The position numbers were made by a program, and so were the translations under genes. This document shows positions 11,574-20,959 of a stretch of DNA of 64,000 bases, in pieces. This stretch comes from Alphaproteobacteria bacterium. GTDB taxonomy: Bacteria; Pseudomonadota; Alphaproteobacteria; MPNO01. Each line of letters opens with the position of its first letter. Position 1 is the first letter of the stretch. The stretch lies in NCBI GenBank assembly GCA_965242495.1, contig OZ251446.1:458732-522731 (forward strand), read 5' to 3'. The notes under the pieces were generated by a model. It was not told the origin of the DNA. It did no database searches and saw only the letters and a list, made by a program, of their open reading frames with translations.

Positions 11574-13208
11574 TCACTCCCCGTCTTCGACGGCGCGGAC
11601 CGAGGTCTCGGGCATGAGCCCCTGGCGCCGCCGTTGCAGCGTGCGCCGGCCGTTCTCCAGATAGTCGCCGGCGGCCGCGCGCGCCGCCGCCGCGTCCCAT
11701 TCGTCGGTCCAGTCGCCGAGGGAGTAGCCGTGCCACGGCGATTCGGGGCGGAGCGGCGGCAGGCCGAGGCGCTCCCACAGCGCCTTGGCGTCCTCCATGT
11801 AGCGCCGGGCCGGCAAGGCGAGGGGCGGCATGTCGCTCTTCATCGTGGCGTCGATCAGGAGGGTCGAATCCTCCTCGCCTTCGCGCTCGCGCTTGGGGCC
11901 GTGCCCCTGGCCGCGATGGGGCAGGGCGACCACGTCCTCCGTCGGGTTGTGGCGGTAGGCGAGCGCCCATAGCAGGGCGTCGGCGTTGTCGGGATCGATG
12001 TCGTCGTTGACCGCGACGACCATCTTGCCGCAATCGCCCTTGAAGCTCGCCGCGCCGTAGAGCGCGCGCCAGATCTCGGTGCGCGGGACGCCGCGCGCCA
12101 TGACGACGACGGTAAGGCGCAGCAGCGCCGTCAACGGCTCGTGCAACGACACCTTCTCGACGCCGCCGATTCCCAGCGCGTCGCGGAGATGGGCGAGGAA
12201 CAGCGGCTCGTAGGCGACGCGCTTGATCACGCTCGATTCGCTCGGCGTGACCTGGCTGATATAGGAGGGGACGACGGGCGCGCGCTTGCGGGTGATCGCG
12301 GTGACCCGCATCGGCAGGTTGAACTCCTCCAGCGCCACATGGCCGTGCGATTCGCCGAACGGCCCCTCCGGCTCCAGCCAGGCGGTGTCGATCAATCCCT
12401 CGATGACCAGCTCGGACTCGGCCGGGACCAGCAGATCGACCGTCCGCGCGCGGACGACGTTGATCGGCTCGCCCGCCAGCCCGCCCGCGACCGCCATCTC
12501 GTCCACGCCGAGGGGGAGCTTCTGCGGCCCCGTATAGGCGACGCAGGGCGGGCAGCCGAGCACGATCGCGCAGGGCATCGCCTCGCCGCGCTCGTGGTAT
12601 TTGCGCCAGTGGAGATAGCCCCCGGCGCCGCCGACGCGGGTCGCCATGCGGACGACCAGACGGTCGGACGCCTTCAGCCCGGCGCGATAGGTGCCCATGT
12701 TCTGGACGCCGGTATCCGGGTCGCGGGTGATGCAGTTGGTCGCGGTCAGCGTCGGCGCGCTGTCGAAGCCCGGCGTCGAGACCGGAATCGGCAGCGCGTC
12801 CAGCCCCCTGGCCTCGCCGATAAGGCCGTCGCCTTCGATCGCGACTTCCTGGCAGGGCGCGCGGTCGACGGGCCGGGGCGGTATCGGCCCGGCGATGGCG
12901 CGGTCCCATTTGGCTCCGATCTCCTCGACCGGGGCCGCCATGCCGACGCCGTAGACGCCGCGCGAGGCGGCCAGGGCGCCGACCACGACCGGCATGTCGT
13001 AGCTGCGCCCCTTGCCGTCGATCACGCCGGTGAACAGGAACGCCTTGCGGTCGGCCTCGGCGACGCCGCCGCGAAACTGCCAGCGCACCAGCGGATGCAG
13101 CTCGGCGTCCTTGTCGACCGGCTCCCGGATCGTCAGCAGCAGCCCGGCCGCGTCGAGGGCGCGGAGATGCTCTTGCAGATCGGCGTAGCCGCGGGTCGCC
13201 ATGGTCAT
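11574..13208 (-). CDS. UbiD-family (prFMN-dependent) reversible decarboxylase
   Basis: 544 aa. UbiD family hallmarks, end-to-end UbiD-like. No ubiX seen in window. Confidence 0.8.
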   Translation of the reverse strand: MTMATRGYADLQEHLRALDAAGLLLTIREPVDKDAELHPLVRWQFRGGVAEADRKAFLFTGVIDGKGRSYDMPVVVGALAASRGVYGVGMAAPVEEIGAKWDRAIAGPIPPRPVDRAPCQEVAIEGDGLIGEARGLDALPIPVSTPGFDSAPTLTATNCITRDPDTGVQNMGTYRAGLKASDRLVVRMATRVGGAGGYLHWRKYHERGEAMPCAIVLGCPPCVAYTGPQKLPLGVDEMAVAGGLAGEPINVVRARTVDLLVPAESELVIEGLIDTAWLEPEGPFGESHGHVALEEFNLPMRVTAITRKRAPVVPSYISQVTPSESSVIKRVAYEPLFLAHLRDALGIGGVEKVSLHEPLTALLRLTVVVMARGVPRTEIWRALYGAASFKGDCGKMVVAVNDDIDPDNADALLWALAYRHNPTEDVVALPHRGQGHGPKREREGEEDSTLLIDATMKSDMPPLALPARRYMEDAKALWERLGLPPLRPESPWHGYSLGDWTDEWDAAAARAAAGDYLENGRRTLQRRRQGLMPETSVRAVEDGE

Positions 13209-13301
13209 GCGCGAGTCCCGGTCATGCCGGCCGCTCCCGGCCCGGCCATGATGCCATCGACGGCCGGGGCGGCCAAACGGGCGGCGCGGCTGCGATTCCG
13301 A

Positions 13302-14000
13302 CTATGATTCCGACTCCGACGCGGCGGCCGCCGTCCGCCGCAGCCGGGCGAAGACCGCCGTCGCGACCGCGGCGCCCAGGAGTTCGGCGACGACGAAGGC
13401 CGGCGCGTCCGCCGGGCGGATGCCGGAGAAGCTGTCGGTGAGGCTGCGCGCGATCGCCACCGCCGGGTTGGCGAAGGAGGTGGAGGAGGTGAACCAGTAA
13501 CCCGCCGAGATGAACAGGCCGACGGCGTAGGGGACGGCGCCGGGTCGGGCCGCGAGGCAGCCGAGAATGGCGGCGAGGAGGCCGAACGCCGCCACGAACT
13601 CGGCGAGCCACTGGCCGGGGCCGGTGCGCACGGTCGTGGACAGGGCGAGCGGGGCGGCGTCGAACATCAGATGCGCGACCACGACGCCGGCGACGCCGCC
13701 GGCGATCTGCGCCAGCGCATACGGCCCCGCCTCGCGCCACGCGAGCGTTCGCCGCAGGGCGAAGGCGAGCGTCACGGCCGGGTTGAGATGGGCGCCCGAA
13801 ACCGGCCCCAGGATCAGGATCAGGACGACCAGGATCGCCCCCGTCGCCAGCGTGTTGGCGAGCAGCGCGATCGCCGCGTTGCCGTCGGCGAGCCGCTCGC
13901 CCATGATTCCCGAGCCCACGACGGTCGCGACCAGGAACGCGGTCCCCAGACATTCGGCGAACAGGCGGTCGGCGAGCGGGAAGGGGGGCATTCGCCTCAT
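13302..14000 (-). CDS. MIP-family channel (aquaglyceroporin/AqpS-like)
   Basis: Two NPA boxes (HLNPAVT, ANPAVAI). ATG at 14000 overlaps the stop of the upstream gene (ATGA). The longer listed ORF 13302..14336 is an R-rich artefact. Confidence 0.8.
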   Translation of the reverse strand: MRRMPPFPLADRLFAECLGTAFLVATVVGSGIMGERLADGNAAIALLANTLATGAILVVLILILGPVSGAHLNPAVTLAFALRRTLAWREAGPYALAQIAGGVAGVVVAHLMFDAAPLALSTTVRTGPGQWLAEFVAAFGLLAAILGCLAARPGAVPYAVGLFISAGYWFTSSTSFANPAVAIARSLTDSFSGIRPADAPAFVVAELLGAAVATAVFARLRRTAAAASESES

Positions 14001-14446
14001 CCGGTCGAGGCTTGGGCGGTCGAGGCTTGGGCGGTCGGGGCTTGGGCCATGGCGATCGCCAGCGTGTCGTCGCCGAAGACCCGGGCTTCGCCCGTCAGGA
14101 CGTAGGCCTCCCGCGGGACGCCCTGCGGATCGAAGCTCCACGCCTTGTCCGCCTTGGCGTAGCAGCAGGCGGCGCCGGGCTGCGGAAGGACCCGGGCTTC
14201 GGCGGCGCGCAGCCGGCCCTCGACGTCGGCGAGTTCGGCCTCGTCGTCCACCTGGATGCCGAGATGATCGACGCCGGCGCCTTTGCCGGCGCGGCTGGAG
14301 ACGGCGAAGTTGACCCGCGGATCGTCCACCATCCACTTGGCGTAGTCGGACTTGCGGACCGCGGGCTCGGCGTCGAACAGATGGGAATAGAAGACGATCG
14401 CCCGGTCGAGGTCGTCGACCGTGACGTGGACGTGCAGGCGCTTCAT
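13997..14446 (-). CDS. VOC-family protein resembling ArsI C-As lyase / CadI (vicinal Cys pair)
   Basis: ATG at 14446 with GGAG 9 nt upstream. VOC fold with a CC pair (GAACCYAKAD). C-terminal TAQAS repeat encoded by a 15-bp tandem DNA repeat. Confidence 0.55.
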   Translation of the reverse strand: MKRLHVHVTVDDLDRAIVFYSHLFDAEPAVRKSDYAKWMVDDPRVNFAVSSRAGKGAGVDHLGIQVDDEAELADVEGRLRAAEARVLPQPGAACCYAKADKAWSFDPQGVPREAYVLTGEARVFGDDTLAIAMAQAPTAQASTAQASTG

Positions 14447-14537
14447 CGGCTCATGCTCCGGTTGCGGGCGGACGGATCGGGGGGCGCCCCCGGCGACGAT
14501 CCTCGGTGAGAAAGGCGAGGCGGCCGCTTTCAGGACG

Positions 14538-15083
14538 TCATGGAGGCGGTTCGGATGGAGACGGCCCGGACGAAGACGGCCCGGCGTCCGACCCCCGCCG
14601 CGGCGAGGTGAGCTCCAGCACCGCGCGGACCATGCCGACATAGCCGGTGCAGCGGCAGATATGCCCGCTCAGCATGTCGCGGAGCTCGTCCTCGGTCGGG
14701 GCCGGGTTGTCCTCCAGCCAGGCGCTCAGCGACATCAGAATGCCGGGCGTGCAATAGCCGCATTGGAGGGCGTGATGGCGCCGGAAGGCCCGTTGCAGGT
14801 CGGACAGCTCGCCGCCGTCCGCGGCCAGCCCCTCGACGGTGTCGATGCGCCGCCCGTCGGCCTGGACCGCGAAGACGAGGCAGGCGCGCGCGATCTTGCC
14901 GTCGAGGCGGATCGTGCAGGCGCCGCACACGCCGTGCTCGCAGCCGACATGCATGCTCGTGACCCCGAGCTCGCGCAGCAGGAAGTCGCTCAGCAGCAGG
15001 CGCGGCTCGGCGCGACCGGCCATGCGCGCGCCGTTGACGACCAGGGTCACCGGGTGGCGGTCGTCGCGACTCAGCTGCGGCAT
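14538..15083 (-). CDS. (2Fe-2S)-binding small subunit of a molybdenum hydroxylase (CoxS/XdhC-type)
   Basis: CEHGVCGACT and CGYCTPG, HICRCTGY motifs. ATG at 15083 overlaps the upstream CoxM-like gene by 13 nt. Confidence 0.85.
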   Translation of the reverse strand: MPQLSRDDRHPVTLVVNGARMAGRAEPRLLLSDFLLRELGVTSMHVGCEHGVCGACTIRLDGKIARACLVFAVQADGRRIDTVEGLAADGGELSDLQRAFRRHHALQCGYCTPGILMSLSAWLEDNPAPTEDELRDMLSGHICRCTGYVGMVRAVLELTSPRRGSDAGPSSSGPSPSEPPP

Positions 15084-15898
15084 GATCTGGCCTCCTCGAT
15101 GGCCTTGCGCCCCAACCGCCTGACCAGTTCGCGGCGATAGCGCGCCGTCGCGTGGATGTCGTCGTAGCCTTCGAGCTCCCAGGCGAAGGCGTTGAGCGCG
15201 TCGTCGAGGTCGTCGCCGGCCAGATCGTCCCAATCGCGGAGGGCCGGGCGGTCGGCGACGCCGCCGACGCCGAGCCGGATGCGTCGGTCCGAGGCCAGCG
15301 CGGCGACCGAGACGATGGCGAAATCGCCGCGCCGGCGCGCAACCTCGCGGAAGGCGCAGCCTTCGCCGGGACGCCGGACGGGGAAGCGGGCGGCGACCAC
15401 CAGCTCGTCCGCCCGCCGCGCGGTGGCGAGCATCCCGCGCTGGAAGTCGCCGGCGGCCAGGACGCGGCGGCCGCCGGCGGATTGCAACACGACCTCGCCG
15501 CCCAGCGCGGCGAGGCATAGCGGCAGTTCCGAACTCGGGTCCGCATGGGCGAGCGATCCGCAGACCGTGCCCCGGCTCCGGGTCTGGAAATGGCCGACGA
15601 ACGGGAGCGCGGCCGCGAGCAGCGGGCTCGACGCGGCGAGTCCGGGCCAGGCCGACAGCTCCGCCTGGGTCGCCGCGGCGCCGACTTCGATCCACCCGTC
15701 CTCCGCGCGGACGTGACGCAGCGCGTCGATGCGCGAGACGTCGACCAGAAGCCGCGGCTCGACCAGCCGGAAGTTCATCATCGGCGCCAGCGACAGGCCG
15801 CCGGCGATGACGCGCGCATCCTCCGCCGCGCGCGCGAGAGCGTCGAGCGCTTCCCCGGCGGTCGCCGCCGCCAGGTAATCGAAGGCGCGGGGCTTCAT
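15071..15898 (-). CDS. FAD-binding subunit of molybdenum hydroxylase (CoxM-like)
   Basis: 275 aa. FAD-binding PCMH-type pattern (VIAGGLSLAPMMNFRL). ATGA overlap with the upstream large-subunit gene. Confidence 0.85.
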   Translation of the reverse strand: MKPRAFDYLAAATAGEALDALARAAEDARVIAGGLSLAPMMNFRLVEPRLLVDVSRIDALRHVRAEDGWIEVGAAATQAELSAWPGLAASSPLLAAALPFVGHFQTRSRGTVCGSLAHADPSSELPLCLAALGGEVVLQSAGGRRVLAAGDFQRGMLATARRADELVVAARFPVRRPGEGCAFREVARRRGDFAIVSVAALASDRRIRLGVGGVADRPALRDWDDLAGDDLDDALNAFAWELEGYDDIHATARYRRELVRRLGRKAIEEARSCRS

Positions 15899-18888
15899 CG
15901 CCCGATCCCGAGCCGGCGCAGCAGGCGGCGAAGCCAGTGCGCCGGGGGCGCGGCGCCGGAAGCCGGCGGTCGGGCGATCCGGGCCGCCAGGCGGTCGAAG
16001 AACTGGCCGACCAGGGCGCGCGCGGCGCCTTCGAGCATACGCCCGCCCACCGCCGCCGCCTTGCCGCCGATCTCGACCGTGTAGTCGTAGGAGACGCGGG
16101 CGCCGCCGTCGGCGGAATCGAGCCGCACCCGGCCTTCGCCCCGCGAGGAGCCGAGCGGCCCGGTCAGTTCGCCCGACAGCGTCGCCCTGTGCGGCGGATC
16201 GAGGTCGGACAGGCGGACGCCGGCGCGGAACCGCCCGCGCACCGGACCCACGCCGAGCGAGACTTCGGCGCGGTAGCTGTTCTCGCCCGTCCGCTCCAGC
16301 GCGTGGCAGCCGGGAATGACCGCGGCGAGCGCGTCCGGGTCGAGCAGGGCGCGCCAGACGTCTTCCCGCGCCGCGGGCAACAGCCTTTCGCCCCGGCCGG
16401 ACAGCGCGCGCGCGCCCGGGACGGCGGCGGGCGCGGCGTCGGTATCGTCCGCCTCGCCGGTTGCGCGCGCGGGCGGCGGGCGCTCCGCGCCGTGGATCAG
16501 CGCGCTCAGCCGATCCGGGGTGAGCGGCAAGGCGAGGTCGGCGGCGTCCAGCGCGTCGCACACCGCGTTGGCGACGCAGACGGGCGTGCTCATGCAGTTG
16601 CCCTCGCCGATGCCCTTGGCGCCCAGCGGCGTCACCGTGGACGGCGTCTCCATGTGCAGCACCACCGGCTCGGGCACCTCGGCCGCGGTCGGGCACAGAT
16701 AGTCGGCGAAGGTCCCGGACAGGAAGCTGCCGTCCTCGCCATAGGCGAACTCCTCGTAGAGGGCCGCGGCCACGCCCCAGGCGAAGGCGCCGTAGACCTG
16801 CCCGTTCGCCAGCAGCGGGTTCAGCAGCGCGCCGGAGTCGTGCATCGTGACGTATTTGTCGATGCGCGCCTCGCCGGTGTCGCGATCGACCTCGACCCCG
16901 CAATAATCGAACACGAAGCCGTAGGTGAGGGAGGTGTTGATCTGGTCGGCGTCGTTGGGCGGCTCCATCTCCGGCGGCGACCAGGAGCCGATCTCGCGGA
17001 TGCCGGGATCCATGCCGGCGGGCAGTTCCCCGGGCGACCAATGCGCGGTCCCCGCCGCCCGGTAGAAGGGGATGGCGTTGTCCGGATTGTCGACGGCGAA
17101 GACCTTGCCGGCGGCGAAGTCGAGGCGTTCGGGGGCCGCGTTGAGGGTCTGGCTGGCGATGCGGGCGATCTTGTCGCGCACCTTCCGCGCCGCCTTGTCG
17201 GCCGCCACCGCGGTCGAGGACGAGAAGCGCGCCGAATAGTTGCCGGTCGCGATCGACCAGGCGTCCTTCTGGGTGTCGTGTTCGAGGTTGACGCTGACGT
17301 CGTCGGGCCGGAGCCCCAACCGGTCGGCGACGATCTGGGACAGGATCGTCGCATGTCCCTGCCCCTGGGGGATCGAATCGGCGGTGACGCTCACCGCCCC
17401 CAGCGGGTCGACGTTGACCGTGGCGTTCGACACCGCCCCGCCCTTGGGGCTGCGGCGCCGCTCCGCCGCCGGCAGGATGTTGGTGATGTAGCCCATGTTG
17501 GATTGCGCCGGCTCGACGACGGCGGCGAAGCCGATGCCGTAGAGCCGGCCTTCGGCGCGCGCCTCGTCGCGACGCCGCCGGAGCTCCGCGAGCCCGCCCT
17601 CCTCGACGGCCGCGTCCACCGCGCGCGGGTAGTCGCCCGAGTCCAGGAGCGCGCCCGCGGCGGCGCGATAGGGAAAGGCGCCGGCGGGGATCAGGTTGCG
17701 GCGGATCACGGCCAGCGGATCGAGTCCGAGTTCGACCGCGATGCGCTGGATCAGCCGCTCGATGGCGTAGTACATCTGCGGCCCGCCGAAGCCGCGCACC
17801 ATGGCGGACGGGCATTTGTTGGTCATCACCACGCGGTTGACGACGGCGAGGTTGGCCACGTCGTAGGCGCCGGTGAGGACCCCGTGCATCCGGTAGAGCG
17901 GCCCCGGCATGGGCGCGCGCAGATAGGCGCCGTAATCGTCGAGCTGGTCGAAGCGAAAGGCGGCGATGCGGCCGTCGCGTCCGACCGCGGCTTCGATCTC
18001 GACGACCCGGTTGGGCGCGGCGGAAGCCGCGGTCAGGTGTTCGAGACGGTCCTCGACCCATTTGACCGGCTTGCCGGTCTTCTTCGAGGCGAGGCCCATC
18101 AGCACGACGTAGGGGAAGATCTGCACCTTGACGCCGAAGCCGCCGCCGGAGAAGGCCGGCGTCCGCAGCCGCAGCCGGGCGCCCGGCACCCTGAGGGCGC
18201 GGCTCATCACCGGATGGGTGCTGTACGGTCCCTGGAAATTGCAGGCGACGTCGTAGAGGTCGTCGTCGGGCCGGTAGTCGGCGACCACGACGTAGCCTTC
18301 CATGGGGGTCTGCGAATTGCGCGGGTAGCGCACGGTGAGCTTGACGCTGCGCTCGGCCTCGGCGAAGGCCTTGTCGGGGTCGCCATAGACGAAGTCGCGG
18401 ACCGAGACGACGTTGGAGCCGATGTCGGGGTAGAGGAGCGCCGCGCCGTCGCGGGCCGCGTTCTCGGGGTCCACCGCGGGATCGAGGACCCGGTAGTCCA
18501 CGTCGATATCCTCCAGCGCATCCTCGGCGAGGTAGCGGTCGGAGGCGATCACCGCCGCGACCGCCTCGCCGACGTAGCGGACGCGGTCCACCGCGAGGCA
18601 CCAGTGATGCATCGGCTGGCGGAGCACGGTCTGGAACGGCTCCGACATGGCCTTCGCGTCCTCGCCGGTGAGCACCGCGGCGACGCCCGGCCGGGCGAGG
18701 GCCGCGGCCGCGTCGATGCCGACGATCTCGGCATGGGCGTGGGGCGAGCGCAGGATCGCGGCGTGGAGGGCGCCGGCGCGGACCGGCAGATGGTCGGAGA
18801 ACAGCGCCCGTCCGGTCAGGAGCGCCGCATCCTCGACCCGCTCGACCGACCGCCCGACGAAGGTTTCCGTTTCGGCGCGCTCCGCCAT
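15895..18888 (-). CDS. molybdopterin-binding large subunit of xanthine-dehydrogenase/CO-DH family hydroxylase, fused to a C-terminal CoxG-like (SRPBCC) domain
   Basis: About 997 aa from ATG 18888. Aldehyde-oxidase/xanthine-DH a/b-hammerhead and Mo-pterin domains. The last ~160 aa (AREDVWRALLDPDALAAVIPGCHALERTG…) match CoxG. Confidence 0.85.
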   Translation of the reverse strand: MAERAETETFVGRSVERVEDAALLTGRALFSDHLPVRAGALHAAILRSPHAHAEIVGIDAAAALARPGVAAVLTGEDAKAMSEPFQTVLRQPMHHWCLAVDRVRYVGEAVAAVIASDRYLAEDALEDIDVDYRVLDPAVDPENAARDGAALLYPDIGSNVVSVRDFVYGDPDKAFAEAERSVKLTVRYPRNSQTPMEGYVVVADYRPDDDLYDVACNFQGPYSTHPVMSRALRVPGARLRLRTPAFSGGGFGVKVQIFPYVVLMGLASKKTGKPVKWVEDRLEHLTAASAAPNRVVEIEAAVGRDGRIAAFRFDQLDDYGAYLRAPMPGPLYRMHGVLTGAYDVANLAVVNRVVMTNKCPSAMVRGFGGPQMYYAIERLIQRIAVELGLDPLAVIRRNLIPAGAFPYRAAAGALLDSGDYPRAVDAAVEEGGLAELRRRRDEARAEGRLYGIGFAAVVEPAQSNMGYITNILPAAERRRSPKGGAVSNATVNVDPLGAVSVTADSIPQGQGHATILSQIVADRLGLRPDDVSVNLEHDTQKDAWSIATGNYSARFSSSTAVAADKAARKVRDKIARIASQTLNAAPERLDFAAGKVFAVDNPDNAIPFYRAAGTAHWSPGELPAGMDPGIREIGSWSPPEMEPPNDADQINTSLTYGFVFDYCGVEVDRDTGEARIDKYVTMHDSGALLNPLLANGQVYGAFAWGVAAALYEEFAYGEDGSFLSGTFADYLCPTAAEVPEPVVLHMETPSTVTPLGAKGIGEGNCMSTPVCVANAVCDALDAADLALPLTPDRLSALIHGAERPPPARATGEADDTDAAPAAVPGARALSGRGERLLPAAREDVWRALLDPDALAAVIPGCHALERTGENSYRAEVSLGVGPVRGRFRAGVRLSDLDPPHRATLSGELTGPLGSSRGEGRVRLDSADGGARVSYDYTVEIGGKAAAVGGRMLEGAARALVGQFFDRLAARIARPPASGAAPPAHWLRRLLRRLGIGR

Positions 18889-19605
18889 CGCCCGTTCGCC
18901 TTTCCGTCGTCGCGGGGTCGGGGACCGCGTGTGAGGATCGGGGGTGCGACCCGCGCTCAACATGCCGATTTTCTCCGGCCCGTCAACACGCCCGGCGCGA
19001 CGACGCCCGGCTCCGGGACGCCTGCCGCCGGCGCCTTTCCGTTGCGACGGAATACAACCTTCGGTTGCTTCGGCCGCGGGGAAGCCCGCCGCCGAATCCG
19101 CGCGCCTTCCGACGCCGCCGGGGGGCGGGACGGGCGCTTGGGGAAGGTCGAAACGCGCATCGCCAGAGGGAAATTTCATGGCTTTCCTTACATTTCAAGG
19201 GGTTAGGCCGAAAAAATAGGGAAAAAGCAGAGCAAAAACCGGTCGGAAGCAGGGCGAAAGCAGGGGAGAAGCAGGGAGGATTCCCGGTCCGAAGCCCGGT
19301 GGGCGGCGTTCGGCGCCGCCGCCTTGCGCCTCCCCGCTCCGATGCGGCCGGCGCGAAGAAGGAGCGACGCCGGACGTTTCCGAGACATTTCCGAGTCGCC
19401 GTCTTCGCAATTTCCGATTGCGAAGGATCGGGGCGACCCCGCGAGCCGTTGCAGGGTTCCGGTCGCTTTCTTCGAGCGTGAGGGGATCGTATCACATGGA
19501 CTCGGTTTTGTCAAGCGAAAAATGCGCGATGTTCCGAAAAAGTTCGAGGATGCGCCGCGGCTCCGCCGGGGGCGCGGTCGATGGCGGAATCGGCGGCGCG
19601 GCCCG

Positions 19606-20448
19606 TCAGTCGGCCGGGCGCAGGGCGATCAACCCCATCCCGGTGGTCATCGGCGCGTAGTAGTTGCGGTGGACGCGCTCGACCGGGCCGTCCAGCGCGC
19701 CGCGCATGACCAGCCACATGATGAGTTCGACCGCTTCCGCGCCTGCGGCCTCCATGATCTGCTGATGGGTCAGAGCGGTGAGGGCGGACGGGTCCGTCTC
19801 GATCCTGTCGAGGAAGTCGCGGTCGAATTCGGGGTTCAGATGGCCGAAGCGGGCGCCGTTCAGCTGGTGCGACATGCCGCCGGTGCCGAGGATCGCGACG
19901 CGGAGGTCCTCCGGGTAGCTCTCCACCGCGCGGCGGATCGCCCGACCCAGCTTCCAGCAGCGAAGCGCCGTCGGCAGCGGGTGCTGGATGACGTTGACGG
20001 CGACCGGCACGGTCTTGACCGGCCAGCCGGGGTCGTGCCGGAAGCATAGATGCATCGGCACCATGAAGCCGTGCTCCACCGCCAGCTCCTGGCAGACGAC
20101 GATGTCGAACTCGTCATAGACCAGGGAGTTGCAGAGATGCCAGGAGAACGCCGCGTCGCCGGGGAAGTCCGGCAGCGGCCGCCGTCCCCAGCCTTCGTCG
20201 CCGACCGGGTAGCATTCCGCCGCCCCGACCGCGAAGGTGGGGTATTTGTCGAAGAAGAAATCCGCGCCGTGGTCGTTGTAGACGACGATGGCGAGGTCGG
20301 GCTTCGCCTCCTCGCGCAGCCATCTCTCGACCGGGACGTAGCCGTCGAACAAAGGTTTCCAGTCGGGCTCCCGGGTGCGCCCCTGGTCGTAGGCGACGCC
20401 GATGGAAGGGACGTGCGAGGAGCCGACGCCGGCGACGATTCTCGCCAT
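19606..20448 (-). CDS. ligB: class III extradiol dioxygenase beta subunit (LigB-type, protocatechuate 4,5-dioxygenase-like)
   Basis: 280 aa. LigB family pattern (IVAGVGSSHVP…YNDHG). Confidence 0.75.
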   Translation of the reverse strand: MARIVAGVGSSHVPSIGVAYDQGRTREPDWKPLFDGYVPVERWLREEAKPDLAIVVYNDHGADFFFDKYPTFAVGAAECYPVGDEGWGRRPLPDFPGDAAFSWHLCNSLVYDEFDIVVCQELAVEHGFMVPMHLCFRHDPGWPVKTVPVAVNVIQHPLPTALRCWKLGRAIRRAVESYPEDLRVAILGTGGMSHQLNGARFGHLNPEFDRDFLDRIETDPSALTALTHQQIMEAAGAEAVELIMWLVMRGALDGPVERVHRNYYAPMTTGMGLIALRPAD

Positions 20449-20457
20449 CGCCGCCGC

Positions 20458-20820
20458 CTACCGCGCGCCCCGGGCGTTGCGCGTGGCGAGGAACTCCTCA
20501 TAGGTCTCGCCGCGCTGATGCGCGCCGATCTGATAGAGGCCCTGGCCCACGACCGCCCCGATCTTCATGATCATGTAGATGTTGCCGCCATGCTCGGTCA
20601 GGATCGCCCGCCAGTCGCGGGCGCGAATCAGTCGCCGCTCCTCGTCCGTCAGGTCCGCGCGCGCCAGACAGGCCTCCTCGTCGGCCCGGAACGCCTCGCG
20701 GTTCTCCGCCCTGGTCATCGACATGGCGAATTTGTTGAGCCGATAGCCCCGCCGCGTCTCGTCGCAGTCGAATATCCTGGTGTTCGGGATCGGGCGGCTC
20801 CTGTCCAGTTGCGCGGCCAT
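20458..20820 (-). CDS. ligA: extradiol dioxygenase alpha subunit (LigA-type)
   Basis: 120 aa, immediately upstream of the LigB-type gene. LigA-like sequence. Confidence 0.7.
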   Translation of the reverse strand: MAAQLDRSRPIPNTRIFDCDETRRGYRLNKFAMSMTRAENREAFRADEEACLARADLTDEERRLIRARDWRAILTEHGGNIYMIMKIGAVVGQGLYQIGAHQRGETYEEFLATRNARGAR

Positions 20821-20959
20821 GCGCGGCGTCCTCTTCGTTGGCGGCCGTGCGGCATGTTAGCCCGTATCAGCCGGCCTGACCACGGCTTGCGCAGCGACTG
20901 GTCGGCGAAGTTCCTGGCGTTTTCGAGGCGAATCGAGGCGATCGCGGCTTTCCTCCCGC

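Noticed and set aside
13302-14336. 344-aa extended version of the MIP channel ORF
   Set aside because: The N-terminal extension is an R/G-rich antisense reading across the ArsI-like gene. A true ATG at 14000 gives a canonical 232-aa aquaporin.
15937-19206. 1089-aa plus-strand ORF antisense to the CoxL-CoxG gene
   Set aside because: Antisense GC-frame artefact. No motifs. The sense strand encodes a complete Mo-hydroxylase.
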